Origin: Hemiscyllium ocellatum
Taxonomy: Eukaryota
Direction of reading: 5' to 3'
DNA: 64,000 bases
NCBI RefSeq assembly: GCF_020745735.1
Contig: NC_083430.1
Location: 25,224,909 to 25,288,908 of the forward strand
The position numbers were made by a program, and so were the translations under genes. Each line of letters begins with the position of its first letter. Within the stretch, counting starts at the first letter, position 1. Below, in pieces: positions 12,006 to 26,801 of this stretch. The notes under the pieces were generated by a model. That model ran no database searches. It saw only the letters and a list, made by a program, of their open reading frames with translations, and was not told where the DNA came from.

Positions 12006-15000
12006 CTTGGCACTCACTGGCACAAGCTTGAGTTGGTACATAACCAAAAGCAGCAGGAGCTAATCAGAGCAGGGTGGAGGTGTGCCTGTGTAATCTGTTC
12101 TCCCAGAGGAAATGGTGTGATTAATACTGAAAGAGCCATTGCTGAGATTGATCAATGACAGCACTAAACACATTGGTATGTTCACATCAAATCTACCTTC
12201 TCACTTTCTACTTTCCCATCATCCTATAGTGGTTCTGACCACTAGCTGCTGATAGCATTAACATATATGTCTTATCTTCCTTTCTCCTATCACCATAATC
12301 TTCATGGTTTTTTCCTTTCAGATACTGAAGGTCTGCAATATCACCAGGCAGTGGAGGAACACCAAGAAATCATTGAATTCACACTTTCAGCCATGATGGA
12401 GGATATCTGAGGAGGGGCAGAAAGTGTCCATGGGGAGGCACTGAGCATGACTATCTGCAGTCAGGATATGGGGGTAAGGACAGTGTAACTGCCAGCTTAA
12501 AAGGCAGGGTTGCAAATGAATTCTGCTGCAGTGTATTTGGGCGAGGACTTTGATTAGTCTGACCATAGAAGAAAGCTGGAGACTTAATACAACGAAGTGC
12601 ATTGACTAGCCTACCAGAGAGCCTGCTTTCAATGTCAAGGAGTATGGAGGAGTCTGACACCAAATTTGCACGGTGATTTTGGACTGATCATGGAAGCCAA
12701 TCTTTCCAGGCTGCCCAATTCCATCATGAGTACCCAAACATAATGCAGCGTGTGATAGCCAAAGACATGGGTTCCATTGTAGCATCAACAACTTCCATGA
12801 AAAGTCTGAAAGCTGCGGTAGAAACTCAGACTGAAATCCTGTAAGGTCAAACTGTGGAGAACACTGTTCAAAGGGGTTTGCAGAGTTCACAACTATCCTC
12901 CACTGGATTCCCAAGCTTACTGAGACATCACTCCAGGAGAGTGGCAGGGGTTCCATGGAGTATTCTTGAGAATTACAGCATTTGTGTTCCTGCCATCATC
13001 ATTTACCAGTTCCTTTGCAGTTGTTTTTAACATAGCTAGATCAGACTATTTATATCCAAGAGAAGACAGTGCATTTTGAAGTTGAGCTTTCTGGACCTGA
13101 GTAGCTTGAGAAGTTCACTACCTGCAGTCTCCACCATTGAAGGTCAGCAAGGCTCCACCAGTCAGCTGCTTCATATCATGACAGCATTCATAGATTCTGA
13201 CAATGCAGTTCTTGCACTATTCTGAAATTAAAATTGTAGCTGCAGCAATTGGCAAATATCACTGAGGAACTCCTCAGTAAAGCACTATTGTCTCAGGACT
13301 GATTGCCATTTAAGTTCACATAGGATAATGCCCTCCTGAATAGAGTCCTTCTCCCCCTCCACCTCTCTTCTCTAGCAGTATGCCCTGAAAACTCTGCCCA
13401 TGGCCCAGATGCTGTTTTTTCCACCATAAATTCATTCTGCCTTTATATTTTGAAATGGTAAGCTACATCTTGTTGGCTCACATTTGGTTTGCACTTAGAC
13501 AAATGTCACTAAGCAGAAGTGCAAAACATTTCGTCAGAATAAAAACTCTGTGCTAGTAGATGTGCACATCCATACAAAGATGGAGACTTGAGTGGAAGAG
13601 AGGTATCAAAGCAGATTGTTTAAATTTAATTATGTTAGGCCTTTGGACCTCTTCAGCATAAAAGGAGAAGCACTTACAACCGAACTAGGTTGAAGGTCTA
13701 CCCAATTTGACATTTGTTGCGAAATGGATTAACATGAGTTAGGGAAGTGTATCACGAGACTATATTCTCCCTCGTCCTTGGACATGGTATGGAGACAGGA
13801 CAACAACAAATTTTGGAAAAACAATGTCAGTCCAGTTTGCCATCAGATTCTTTTTGTTTTCCTGAAGACTGTATCTTTTGACAATAACCATTGTTGAGGT
13901 AAGCTGTTAAACATCCATCAGATTCCTAATAGCAATTTCAATTAATTTCAATTGTTACAAGTTACCAATCTTAATCAATGTACTGATGTGGTGCAGATAT
14001 GATAGTTACAACATGAAGGGGTTAACTGTTTCCTGCTACTCTTCATGTATGCACTTGTGACTCTGACCAGACTCTTGCTGAAGCTATTCAAAGATTGGAA
14101 TTCCTGACATCAGTATTTCTGACAGCCAGAACTCTGGCTTGGAAATTTCCCAGACCTTAAGCAAGTCTCTTAAAAAAGATTACTTTAAAGGTCTTTATAA
14201 TAATTTACGGTTATTTAATGAATGTGCCTGAAATAATTCAACCTAAAACTTTGTAATGAATATGGAGAATACCTTTGATTGCCAGGATACCATCCATTAT
14301 TGATAAAATCAAATACAGCAGAAAAGTTTTATTGTGCCGAGAATAAACCTGTGCATTCAAGCTCCTGGGCAACAAGCTTCTAGGCCTGGATTTTCCCCAC
14401 AATGGAGAGCCAACATTCATGGATTCAGCTGGTCATTAGGACGATCAGCTATCTCCAATGAAGTGGGACTTTTGGTTGTCTTGCAATGAGAAATCCAAAT
14501 TGTTCATAGTTAACCTGCCAATAGCAGTTTGAACTGTTTCTTTAGAAACCCCCTTTTGAGAGATAAGGTATCTCTTGCAAGCCGGTCCCAGTACACCTTT
14601 ACCAACTATCCCTAATCAGTCCTTGCCTCTCCAAATGCATATAAATCCTATCTCTCAGAATCTCCTCCAACAACTTACTACCACCAAAGACAGGTCCATA
14701 GCTCCCAAGCTTTTCCTTACAGCCTTTCTTAAATAAAGGCAGAACCTTAGCCACCCTCCAATGATCTGGCATCTCACCCATGGCTGATTGTAAATGTTTC
14801 CTCTTGAGTAAGAATCTAGAACTAGTCTCGCTTCAAAAATAAGGGGTTGCCGGCAGACAATAAATTAGTAAAACAGGATTTAAAGTTAGAGTTTGATAAA
14901 GTGAATGGAGTGAAATCAGTAACAAATTGATGACAGGTTCCAAGACTAGTGAGTGAGACCTATCATTATTCAATATGCAGTAAATTGAAGCTTATATTTC

Positions 15001-18000
15001 CAAAATATTGCAATATTTTCTATGGTCATACTAAAACGGTTGCTGCAATGGCCAAACACTCCACAAGAAGTCACACCAACCAATGATTCCCATGGATAGA
15101 TCCTCCAGGAATCACAGATGAAATCTCAGAGGTGAAATAGCCAGGCTTCATCTCCCCCGTTATCAAAGGCATTGCTCCAATATTAGTCATATTTGGGTCA
15201 TAAAGCAGCCTGAGATTATGAAGCAGTTATGTCGAAATGAGAAGAGTAACAACAGTCCAGTGAAATTGATTGGAGCTGTGAAATGGATCAATGTCAATAT
15301 CAGTATTGTTATTGATTATTTAGGTCATTGTAATGATTGAATTGGTTAATAGACAGCAATATTTCATCTGAAGGACAGATCTGATCTGAACTTATTATTG
15401 GCAAAGACTGCTGATTCCCTAGTGAAATGAAGTGATATGAGAAAACCTCAGGTCAATCAGAGAATCCCAGGAAAGATACAATCTTGGAGTAGTAACAGCC
15501 GAGGAGCACTGCTACAGAATATTGTTTCTGCTGCTAAGATCAAATCCAAATTGCCAGAACTCCTAAGAAATTCCTCAAGACCTCTGGCTTGTGCAGAATG
15601 CCCTACTTCTCCAGTGACATGAGATGGTTGTGCCACTCCCTTTGTTATTCAAGTAGCCCTGCTTTGTACATGTACTCCATGGAAGTAAATAATAAGGAAA
15701 AAACAATGTCTTTAGTGATTTGAAAATAAGAGTTACTAGGGGAGGTGATGGTTTAGTGGTAGTGGCCTCTGGCCTGGTAGGCCAGTAGACCCATGGATAT
15801 TCAGAGAACATGAATTCAAATCCCACGATGGCAAAATTTAAATTTAATTTTAAGAAATTAGTCATGACAACCATGTTAGCCCTATCAATAGTTGTAAAAA
15901 TCTATTTGGTTTACTAATATCCTTCACAGAAGGAAATTTTATGTGGTTTAGCTGACATGTGACCCCGCACCCATAGCAACTGCCCTCTGGGTAATCAGGG
16001 ATGGGCAATAAATGCTGTAATAGCAAGCAACACCTACATCCTATGATAAAGTAAAAATAGCCACCATTTACTTGACACTTAACTTTATCACCCTTTAAGA
16101 AACAATCACACAGCTTGTGGGTGAGTCACAGAGCATAAATATTCTGTAGCCAGCAAAAGGGAATCAGGAAGGACATTGCTACAGGATGTGATTACACTTT
16201 TGGCAACATCATTAAGTTTCCAGTTTTTGACTACGCAAAAATTCTAATTTAAATTCATTTGAGATGTTGTAATCCAAGTAATACTCCAAATCAGTGGCTC
16301 AACAGCTGATTATTAATGGCACCAATGTAGCATCCGTCGACAGTGAATGTAAAACTCTACAGTGGAGCAGCAGGTGTCATGATTAAGCATATTATTCAAA
16401 CATGAGAGAACTTTACTTTTGGAACTTAAAAGGAGGAAAGTATAAGCACTCAGCATGAAAACTACTCATATAGAAAATTGAGTGAATGTTGTTAGTTTGA
16501 ATCGCATGATATCAGAAGTGTCAACAATAGGTTTATGTGCTCAGCCTGTAGGAATGGATTGTGTGTAAATGAGAGATAAAGACAGTATACATTTTGCAAT
16601 AGCAGAGAAAAAGAGAGAAGCTAAAAAGTCTGTTCAAGTGCCATTGTTGCTCAATTGTCATCCAAAGTATTCAATGCTTGGCTAATGGTCTACATGGTTA
16701 TCTACAGCATTGAGAACAATAGGAAAACTACAGAAAGTTAAGACATACATAATGCAATCTGGATGAAATAAACTGTATTATACATTTCCATGTTGTTTAT
16801 CAATTGTTAATTATAACTCAGAACAAGTTGTGCTTCAAAGAGAATATCTTGCTTAAAATTCCTTAAGATCAGTAACAAAATATAAAATTCATAACTGAAA
16901 AGCCCTTTCTGTACCAATATTGCCGACCAGCCAATTGTTCTTTATTCCCCATCTTCAATTTTAGACTGAACCTAGTCATTTGCTCGATATTAAGACAACA
17001 ATGAGAGTATTTCATTCACGGATATAAGTTAATATGTGGTCACCATAAACACTGAAATTAAAGTCAGTTGTCCTAAATCGTCTATTTTATGTGAGCCATT
17101 ATAATTGTTAGCTGTGTAGATGGTAATCAGGCCTGGTTTGATTGCACTAGTGTGCAGAAGTTTTATTTGATTCTTCTCTTTCTTATCCCTGGGAACAAAA
17201 TCATGTCCAGATATTTAGTGGCAGATTTGAGTACTCAGTGTCTTTCAGCTCTCACATCATTGCTATTGTTCAAACCAGAGTGAAATAAACAGGGAGGAGA
17301 CAAAAACAAACAAACTGACCGTGGGAAAGGAGCACCAACAAAAAGCAAATCTTATAAAATTGCTTTTCAAACTGTAACACTGAACAGAACACTCACACTC
17401 TCTTACAACAGTTTTAAATACATATTGTTTCATGAATAGATGAACACACATACTAATCTATAAATTAAGCAACATATTTGCCCTATTAAACAATCCCACA
17501 TATATAAATGAAATATATATTCAAATATACATTAAATTGGCGCATAATACTTGTTAATAAATTAAGGCCACAAATAGAACACTTGCACTTTTTATAGGTT
17601 AAAAACAGCTACACATTAAGTAGAAATATTAACTTCATCTTTACAGTAACCAGTGTTACATTCTTCCATTAATAAACAGATACATCTACAACACATTAAG
17701 CAGGTACATTTCCAATCCATGTGCTCAAATGCATAAGCCATCATGCACATGGATATTAAATTTAGTAGAGTCACATATGTGAAGATCAGCACATTTCAGG
17801 GCATCCAGAAGAGAACACATGCATGTTCAACTCTTCCTTCTTCAAATATTCACAAATAAGGGCATAAACAAAAATATCTATAACCAAGTGTGTACATTAA
17901 ACCTTTATTATCCAACAAACTCAAATATCAATAAATAAATGTTCATTCTTATATTACTAACTGCCAGCAAACAGGGGATTGGAAATAAATTAAAATAACA

Positions 18001-18165
18001 ATAATTAATTACTACACAACTACCTTTGCTTTCGTTCTGTTAGGTATATTTATTTTCAATAGTGGAAAATAATCTTCAAATCTTTACTCTCACCTGAGAT
18101 CTATTTTCTGCTCGGTTGAATTTAACAAAGAGAAAAAAATTACTTTAACCTGAATGTTTATACAC

Positions 18166-18389
18166 TTGGTTAAAAATCACACAACACCAGGTTATAATCG
18201 AACAGGTTTAATTGGAAGCACACTAGCTTTCGGAGCGACGCTCCTTCATCAGGTGATATCAAGTAATAGAAAGAGCGTCGCTCCGAAAGCTAGTGTGCTT
18301 CCAATTAAACCAGAGGGACTATAACCTGGTGTTGTGTGATTTTTAACTTTGTACACCCCAGTCCAACACCGGCATCTCTAAATCATGGC
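18166..18389 (+). mobile_element. Short palindromic family-C PLE-type insertion
   Basis: Arms start at 18169 and end at 18347; 42-nt tail; TSD GTTTATACAC at 18156-18165 and 18390-18399. Confidence 0.85.
18221..18255 (-). ncRNA. Minimal type I hammerhead ribozyme (family C)
   Basis: CAC-CTGATGA-A-GGAGC(gtc)GCTCC-GAAA-GCTA^GTG; stem I CAC/GTG; palindromic AGCT helix III. Confidence 0.83.
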
Positions 18390-19879
18390 GTTTATACACA
18401 TAGTCAGTGATGGACAGCCATTGACAGCACAAATTGTTTTATCCTATGTTTAACACTGGTATGAGAAACCTTTCTGTCCATAATTGTTTTCAAAGTTAAA
18501 AGCACAAAATACATTTGTTAAACTTGTTTAATGATAATTCTGAAAAATTCATACAGAGCTTTGCAACCTGTTAAAAACATGGATATTTAGCAACATTATT
18601 TTAACAGGCATTAACTGTACCTATGGACTGTCTGAATCAGAACATGGGGATGTCAATTATTATTAAATATTTCAATCTGAAGCAAGTGGAGAACTGAATG
18701 GCTCAGAACACAGAGAGCACATATCACACAAGGTATTACCCCAAGAAGTGAAACTGCTATAGTGGAGCCACATACCTTTCATAACAGAGCTGAGACTGCC
18801 CAGGTTCAACAAGGAGACTGGCACATAAGTTTTTTTTTATCAGATTAAAGACGCCTGTAATTGTCTTTATGATGAATTAAAGTTTGACTGCTTCATAAAC
18901 TGTTGACTGTAAATCCTGCAAAGTTGTAATTAGAATATTCTAATGTCTGCAGCTTGCATTAATTATTCACTGTTGTAAATATTGCTGGTGTTGTTGTATG
19001 CTCACTTCAGTTCTTGCAACCATTCATGCAAACCAACTGCATCACATGTATGATTGACAACTGATTGCTGAACAAAAGCCATGGGTTGTATTTTTCCATT
19101 TCCAAGGGTGGTGGTGAGTTCAATCTGTCATGGCCTGAAGTGAGTTTTATCATGCAATTTCGAATTATGTAACAAAGATGTTGGATGCTTTTCTCGGGGA
19201 ATGTCACAGCAAGCAATATGGAAATGCACATTTTTCCACTCCTCTGGAGACATACATGAAGACAACTGCACACTATTTCCGATGCTGCAAGCCAGGGACA
19301 ACAGCCACACACTGTGCTGCTTGACTCTAATTATCAAAGGGACAGCCCAGAAAGGCAGGGACACTAGTTCTTGAGGAAACTTGCTCCATTCTTGACTGAT
19401 TTTCTGGTGATAAAAGTACCACAGCCTCACGATAAACCACAGTAAAAGTACCATAATTTCAGATGCATCTCTTCGGATTATAGTTTTATGTATTTTAACT
19501 AAATCACATTCAACAAAATTGCTACTTCAAAACGACATTGACAACATTTATTTTAGCAAGGCATAAATCATACTTAATCCTACGTTGGCCGACAAGCAAA
19601 AAAATTTGGTCGTGTAAATAAATGAATGGGTAGAATGTTTAGGCCCTGCCAGATGCAGCCAAACATTGTCACGGGGATCCAAAGTTTCCTGCACCCAGCA
19701 ACTCTGATCATGTGCTTGACCGAGAGTGGATTAGGTTTGTTTGGAGTTTTCATTGGTCGAATTAAAGGAGGCCAGTAGCCTGCATTGAGAACAGAGGGAG
19801 TACCCAGGAGGCAATGGTGTTGAGGTAATGTCATTGGATGAGTAATTGCAGAAACCCAGGCTGATGTTCCGGAACAGAG

Positions 19880-20083
19880 TTGAGAGTGTGGTGCTGGAAA
19901 AGCACAGCAGGTCAGGCAGCATCTGAGGAGCAAAAGAATTGAATTCCTGATGAAGGGCTTATGCCCAAAACGTCGATTCTCCTGTTCCTCGGATGCTGCC
20001 TGACCTGCTGTGCTTTCCCAGCAGCACACTCTCCACGCTGATCTCCAGCATTTGCAGTCCTCACTTTCTACTACTTCCTAATT
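19880..20083 (+). mobile_element. Short palindromic family-B PLE insertion inside a tRNA-SINE
   Basis: Inverted arm 19882-19940; hammerhead core with GAAA mutated to AAAA; TSD-like TTC(C/T)GGAACA at 19867 and 20084. Confidence 0.8.
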
Positions 20084-20364
20084 TTCTGGAACACACATTC
20101 ACGTTCCATCATAGAAATGGTGGAATTTGACCTTGGGTTGGACATCAACTCGACACTCCTAATCTATGGGTGTCCCACGCATGGCTGGATTGTCAGCATA
20201 CCTGAGGGCCTCCTCCTGGGCCTGACCAAATGGCTATTAACAGGTCCAGGCAGCAGGCCATGGAGGAGCTTATATTGCCCAACTGTCTGTCCCTCACATG
20301 TGCTTATCTGGGTGTCAATTGAGAGGAAATGTATAGTATTAGAATCTGTTAGAGACCAGTGGGC

Positions 20365-22620
20365 AGTGACCAATTGTCACCATCTTCTATTCTGAAAAAT
20401 GATTCATTTATTCATGCTATTTCCAGTCGGTTAACCTATTCTCAGACCATGCCAGTCCATACTACCCCCAATCTTCCTTGCTTCTATTTAGCACACAATT
20501 TGTTATGTGGGACTTTATGAAAAGCTTTCTAAATATCCAAGTCTACCAATCCATTCATTTATACTCATGTTTTCTGCTAATTATATTCTCAAAAATCTCC
20601 TGTAGATTTTCATAAATCAATATTGACTTTGCATAATCCCGTTAGTGTTTGCTAATCATCCTGTTACCATAGGGTTTAAAATAGGCTCGAGCATTTTTTG
20701 ATGCTAAGATAATCAATCTATAATACACAGTTTTCACCTTCACTTTTTAAATACCTACCAATCTTTTAACTATCCTTCAATCTCTAGGGAATATTCCAAA
20801 ATCTACAGAATCCAATGTATCTGCAAATCCATGGTCACCTCCTTTAGCACTCTGGGATGACAATTATTAGGGCCTGGGGATATACAGTTTTGACTTCCAT
20901 TAATTTCCCTAGCACTGTTTTTTACCCAATTAATCTCCTGCAATCCCTCCTATTCAAGAGTCTTAACTCCGCAGCATTATTTATTTCTGTCTTCTTCTGT
21001 GAATATAGAATAAAATATTTGTTTAATTTCTCTTACATTTCCTTGTTCACCATTTTCAATTCTCCCATTCCAGACTGTAAAATGCCTACACTTGTCTGCA
21101 CTAATCTTTTCAGTTTTAAATACTTATAGAAGTTCTTACAGTCTACTGGATTGGATTATTTCATTTTCTATCCCAATGGAGAACTCTATCATGCAATGGT
21201 TACTGTTTCCTAAATTACCTCTCACAACATGATTATTAATTAATCCTTTCTCACTGCACAAAACAAATTTAGGATAGCCTGTTTTCTCAATATCTTAGTG
21301 TAAAAATAATCTTGTACATACTTCAGTAATTCTTCCATCACATTATTAATACCAATATGGTTTGCCCTGTCTATATGTAAATTAAAATTACTAGTAATAT
21401 TTTTAGCATCTTTGTTGCAAGCATCTCTAATTTTCCATCTAATACCATCTCATATCTTGTTGCTGCTATTCAAAGGGCTACAGACAAGTCTCAATGAATG
21501 TTTTGCATCTTTCTGCTTCTTCGCTCTACCCAGACTGATTCTGCCTCTAGATTCCCTGTGCCAATATTCTTTCTCTCTGATTTCATCTTTCACTACCAAT
21601 GCCATCCCACCTCTATTTCCATTTTCCATGTCCTTCCCAAGGATTGAATACCCTTGGGTGTTCATTTCTCAACTGTGGTAACCCTGGAGCCATGTCCTTG
21701 GGCTTGCAATTACTAATTTCACTGCTTTATTGTGAATGCTCTGTATGTTTTGATATAGGATCTTTAGACTTGTTTGTTTGACATTTTAACGGCTTTTTTA
21801 TACTATAATCTTATTCACTGCTCGTACTTGTTTCCTCTGCCCTCCACTTTTGCCTTCCACTTTTCTGCTTTTCATTTCCATCTCGTCTCCTCAGCTATGT
21901 TCCCATTTCCCTGCCATCCTAGTTTAATCCCTTTCCCTAATGATGAGCAAACACCTTGCAAGGATGTTGGTCCCTGTCCTGCTAGAATGCAACTCGTCCA
22001 GCTTATATAGATCCTACTTTCCCCAGAACTGGTCCCAATGCCTTAAGAATCTAAATCCCTCCCTCCTACACTGTCCCATCAGCCACACATTCTGTTTGTT
22101 CCCCTATTCCTGATCTTGCAAACATGCACAAGAGTAAACCTGAGATTACTACCTTTAAGGTCCTGCTTTTTAATACATTTATTAACTTCCTATATTCTGC
22201 TTGGGACGACCTCATCCTTCTTTTTACCGTCTGTCATTGGTATCAATATGGACCATGATATTGGGTGGTGCTCCCTTCCCATTCAGGATGTTCTGCAGTC
22301 ACTCAATCAAGACAAAAATTTGTTAAAGAGAGAGATAGCCCAGAGAACTACTGACTCCCTTCCTGGAGGCTTCACTCTGACTGGTGGTCGCCTATTCTCT
22401 TTCTGCCTCTACACTCTTCACCGGTGGTGTAAGCACCTCATTTACATGCTTTTCATGATGATCGCAGCCTTGCAGATGCTCCATAGTGAGTCCAATCAAA
22501 ACTCCAGGTGCAAAATATGGATTTCCTGTAACTGCAGTTGTGTCATCACATTGGACACTGAAAGTGCCATATCACACAGGAGGAACATTCCAACTGAGGC
22601 AAGCTGCCTTACCATGACAT
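20365..22620 (-). mobile_element. Old CR1 LINE, degenerate
   Basis: QGYSILGKD...RGGMALVVKD endonuclease remnant, RT remnants and 5' ORF1-like region. Confidence 0.75.
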
Positions 22621-23841
22621 TTCCTTAAATTACTCTCTTTCTATTTACTTCTCCAAGATTAATGAATGATAAACATACACCAAGGTGCTTACTTTATTTT
22701 CTCATGCTTCAAACATTCTTAACCTAAAAACCAATTTTACTTTAATGACCAGATAAGAGAAGTACTTACCTGGCCTTACTTACACTTGTTTGACACTTGT
22801 CCTGCGCTGGCTCCAAGTTTTCCCTGCCATGTTACTCTTGACTATTATCAAACTCGCCCCACCTCATGCAGCTTTTCATCTCCTGGTCACCTTGAGACTG
22901 AAGACAGAGAAAGAAAAAGGAAAACAAAAAAACCTTGTTCTCTTCTCACCGAATTCCCTTTACACCAAACCTGCAGTGTTACCTCTCTGTAGACCAGAGC
23001 CCTCCCATTTCCAATTCTCCTTTCCTGCATCAAGAAGTTAGACAGCATGAATTCCAAACAGGTAAATCAGAGCTGCAACTCTCTGACTGCGTGGCCCAGC
23101 CATCATGCAACTGCTTCTTCTGCACAGTGTCCCTGCATGGTGCATGACCAGCATTCTCCTTGACCTGTCACCCATGCAATTAAACCTTAGCAAGTATTCG
23201 CCTCCCCACATCATCGTGCTTGCTCTTGAACCAAATCAGACGCCACTTCAGGCCTGCAACACTTTGCTGTGGAGCTGACAGACACCTACAACTTACTCAT
23301 TTCTGCCAATTCACTTCACCGCATGTTTCATGAACTGAACGGGATTTTTTGTGCTGATACGGATATAGAACTCATTTGACTGCCAGCCTCTTGTCTATTT
23401 CATGTTGCTTGCTTAACACATGTTGACTTTAGCACTGAGAAACAGGCTGGCCAGCTTCTGCAATTATGTTTTATTTTTAGTGAAGGGGGAGAAGTAGACA
23501 GCGTGTGAATGAGCATTGATCAGTAAATCTGTCCGTCAGGCAGGGAATGACTTGCGACTGTTTGGTTCAGTGTTACATCAAGGTCAGAGCTGCAGCACAT
23601 GCCGTTGGGTTAGGCTGAGTGCTGACCCTTGAGCATGTGGTAGCAGAGTGAATATGGTGATAACTATCCTCACCGAGCACAGGAGGCTATTGCCTTTCTT
23701 ACAGCGCACTGAAGAGTCTCTTTCACACAAGGCACAGCACTGATCCATGCTGTAATTTCTGACCGGGCTATCTGGGTTTCTTAGCATTGCCTCCTTTGGG
23801 GATCAGCTGTAGGCATTTTGCCCTTCAGTTGAAAACCTTGT

Positions 23842-24054
23842 CTACCCATTCCTCCTGATCCCTGTCCTGTTGTAAGAGTAAATGTGCTGTTCCACTGAGA
23901 TATTTTCAAGGTCGAGCACCACTGGTTGGGAGGTAGTTCTGGCTTGAACTGTGTGAAGTTGTGTGCAGCTAGGCTTAACTATGCTGCCAGAGGCATGTAA
24001 CCTAGGGGGCTTGCCAGAGGGGAACACTTCCACCTCTCTCTGGAATGTGAACCA
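23842..24054 (-). pseudogene. RAD51AP2-like C-terminal exon with degenerate RAD51-interaction motif
   Basis: tttctcag acceptor; WFTFQREVEVFPSG...LHTVQARTTSQPVVLDLENISVEQHIYSY aligns with recalled RAD51AP2 [30 protein letters not shown], with identical spacing from (R/K)T to the final Y. Confidence 0.5.
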
Positions 24055-24457
24055 CTGAGAAACGTAGTTGTATAATTAATTAGGTGAAAAGCAAATGATT
24101 GCATGAGAAAATTCACCACATGCCATAACAATCAAATGGCATGTAACTCAATCGGCACCACACTAAAACTACAAATGGAATAATCTAGCCCAAAATGTAC
24201 TTGGAATAGGTGAAAGATGGAAAATTAATTATAGCAGCCAGACAAAGTCCATAAATATGAATCTTTCATATCATAGATTGTTATATTATTCAACCATGTG
24301 GAATAATGGTGATATATCCTGACTTTTACTTTTTACAAGAGGGAACCACTTTTTTCCTTTCATCAATTTCCTCTCCTAAGTTTCGCATTAACTAGTCTGT
24401 ATCTCTCTCTTCCTTTGAAAATTCAGAATTTAATTTAAACAAGATTCAAATTGAAAT

Positions 24458-24775
24458 GAAAGAAATAACTTGCATTAATATCGTGCCTCCTACAACTACA
24501 GTATATTCCAAACTGCCTCAAAGCCATAAAGTACTTTTGAAGTATAGTCACTGTTTCAATGATGTTGGTTGTGTGATAAATGTTAACCAATAAGAAATGT
24601 TAAGCACTAAGAAATTCTTTTTCACTTCAACTGATCTTTTACACCACAGAGAGAACCTCGTTTTAATCACTCATCCAAACATGTCGTGCTCAGCTGAACT
24701 GCGTGGAGGTATCAGGCTACATTCTGTGCTCAAGTCTGTGAAGTTTGAGCATTTGACTCACTGCCAAGACTGATA
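24458..24775 (-). mobile_element. Deu-domain SINE, degenerate
   Basis: aaagaaataacttgcatt...aagtacttttgaagtatagtcactg matches the reverse complement of the DeuSINE tail. Confidence 0.6.
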
Positions 24776-25657
24776 CCTTAATTAACTATGAACACAAGGT
24801 TCCGTTGTGTTCTTGACAACTTGCTAATTGTAAACACATTCTCACATCTTCTTCAAATCAAAATTCCTAACAAATTGCTTCCCAAACTGGGTTTGATCAT
24901 TAAACAATAATTTTGATTGCAGAGTTGACCTTGTGTATCTAATTACCAAGTATTTTGGTGTTCAAAACCAATGTGGTGTATAATTATCAAAATTAAATGC
25001 AATACAATAAAGTGTAAAAATGCTAAAGAACTGAGTGAGATCAACCAGGGTCATATTGAATGATTGAGCAGGCTAAAAGAGCTGAATGGTCTGCTCTTCC
25101 TCCTATGTTCTTGTTTCTACACTGAACAAAAAAGAAATAAAGAATTGCAGGTGCTGAAAATCAGAAACAAAATCAGAAATAGCTCAAAAAACTCAGCAAG
25201 CCTGGCAGCATCTGTGGAGAGAGAAACAGAGTTAATGTTTTGGGTCCAGTGGCCTTTCTTTAGAACAATGAAGTGCCTTCCTGTGAATTTGCTTTTCCCA
25301 GAGTTGCTGTATTTAAATTTGAGAGTATTCATATATAGTAAAAGGGTAACTCAGATGGCCCAATAACTACTCTGTAATTTAGAATGAGATCCAGATTTCG
25401 AATGACCAGGGAGGCATTGGAACACACAGACTGAAGTAGCACATAGAGTCTAAAATTTCCAACTGGTTCCAAGGGAATTACCAGGAAATTGTCCAAGGAG
25501 TGGTTCCCTTCATCTGAAATCATCTGGAAAAACCCCTTATGTCAGAGAATTCAGAGGTCTGTGATTCACATAAGTTCAATAGCTACCCAGGAAATGTTAG
25601 AGTGTTAAGAACCTATTCTAACTCTTAGGTAACTGCTAAACTGAACCCTTGACTCAC

Positions 25658-25810
25658 CACTGACCGCACCAATTCCATGTCTCAAACCCAACAGCCCCTG
25701 ACCTGATCGCTAACGCCTGCCAGATGTGATGTCCCACCCTGACAGTAAATGGAACTTCTGAGCCATTATCAGCAGCACATGTCCAATTGCCACTCCATCT
25801 CCTTACTGTG
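25658..25810 (-). pseudogene. Candidate internal exon of the minus-strand pseudogene
   Basis: Pyrimidine tract plus AG acceptor, strong GTGAGT donor, 153 nt, GC-richer than the flanks; product unrecognised. Confidence 0.3.
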
Positions 25811-26661
25811 CTTGTGAAAGTGGAAGGAAATGGTAAAACAGCACTAATAAAACTTATGGGAAATACCTCAGGATGAAGTGCCAGCACACATCAAGCCAAT
25901 GTCTTTGCACATAAAGGAAAGTAAATGAAATTTATTAAATTGTAAACCAAACAAAATGTGTCAGAGTGGATAATACACTGAAATCAACAATTTGAGATTA
26001 ATCCAGTACTTTCCAAAAAGTGACCCTAATTGTTCATCATTTTCACATTTTACGTGCTTGTTAAACACACCTGTATGGTAGTAATCACTGGTGGTAGAAA
26101 AGCAATGCTAGCTTTCATTTTTCTTCTTGTCATCAATGTAAAAAAATGAGAAATTTGTCTGAAAGTCAATTAACTTGAGTAACATCTGGCATCAGTCAGT
26201 TGTCATGACCACAAATTCACATTGTACTTCTTGCACTTCTGCCATGTTGTGTTCAAAAGCATTATCTGTGACACACAGTACATCAAGAAATTTCATTTAG
26301 ATAATCTAGTAAAACGTTCCAATGCAAATAAGGTGATGCATAATTCTGAAAATTATTTTGTTTGTTCTGACAAGAGAAATCAAGATTTTTCTTACTTCCT
26401 CTCTAGCTTAAGGATATTTCTGCTTGTTTTACCAAGAACAAAAATAGCTGTTTTTGTATGACTAAGTAAAACAAGGCTAACAATTCTTTTTGTTTCTTGC
26501 TGATCATTTCTCAATGGATCAGCAAGATTCGGAGGGATTCGTTACACTGATTAAAGTGAACTACTTTTTGTTCATGTATTTTCCTAATTTTCTTTGATCA
26601 AATATGTCACATGGCTTCATTTCGCTACAGTATATGAACAAAAACACCAAGCGTCAGTTAC

Positions 26662-26801
26662 CCGGTTCAAAACAATTTCCACATGTAAAGACTTCAAATT
26701 TAAATTGCAGAATTTAACTTTGTGGGGTTTTCTTGCCAATTTCACATTACCCATTTCTTGTGAGGTATCATTCTTTGGTTCCGGAGTCACAGGACCCAAA
26801 C
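26662..26801 (-). pseudogene. Candidate internal exon of the minus-strand pseudogene
   Basis: agatacag acceptor and GTAACT donor; open frame GLGPVTPEPKNDTSQEMGNVKLARKPHKVKFCNLNLKSLHVEIVLNR. Confidence 0.35.

Noticed and set aside
26662-26801. PDZ-domain gene (IL16/PDZD2-like) suggested by HVEIVLNR
   Set aside because: No GLGF-type exon was found downstream.
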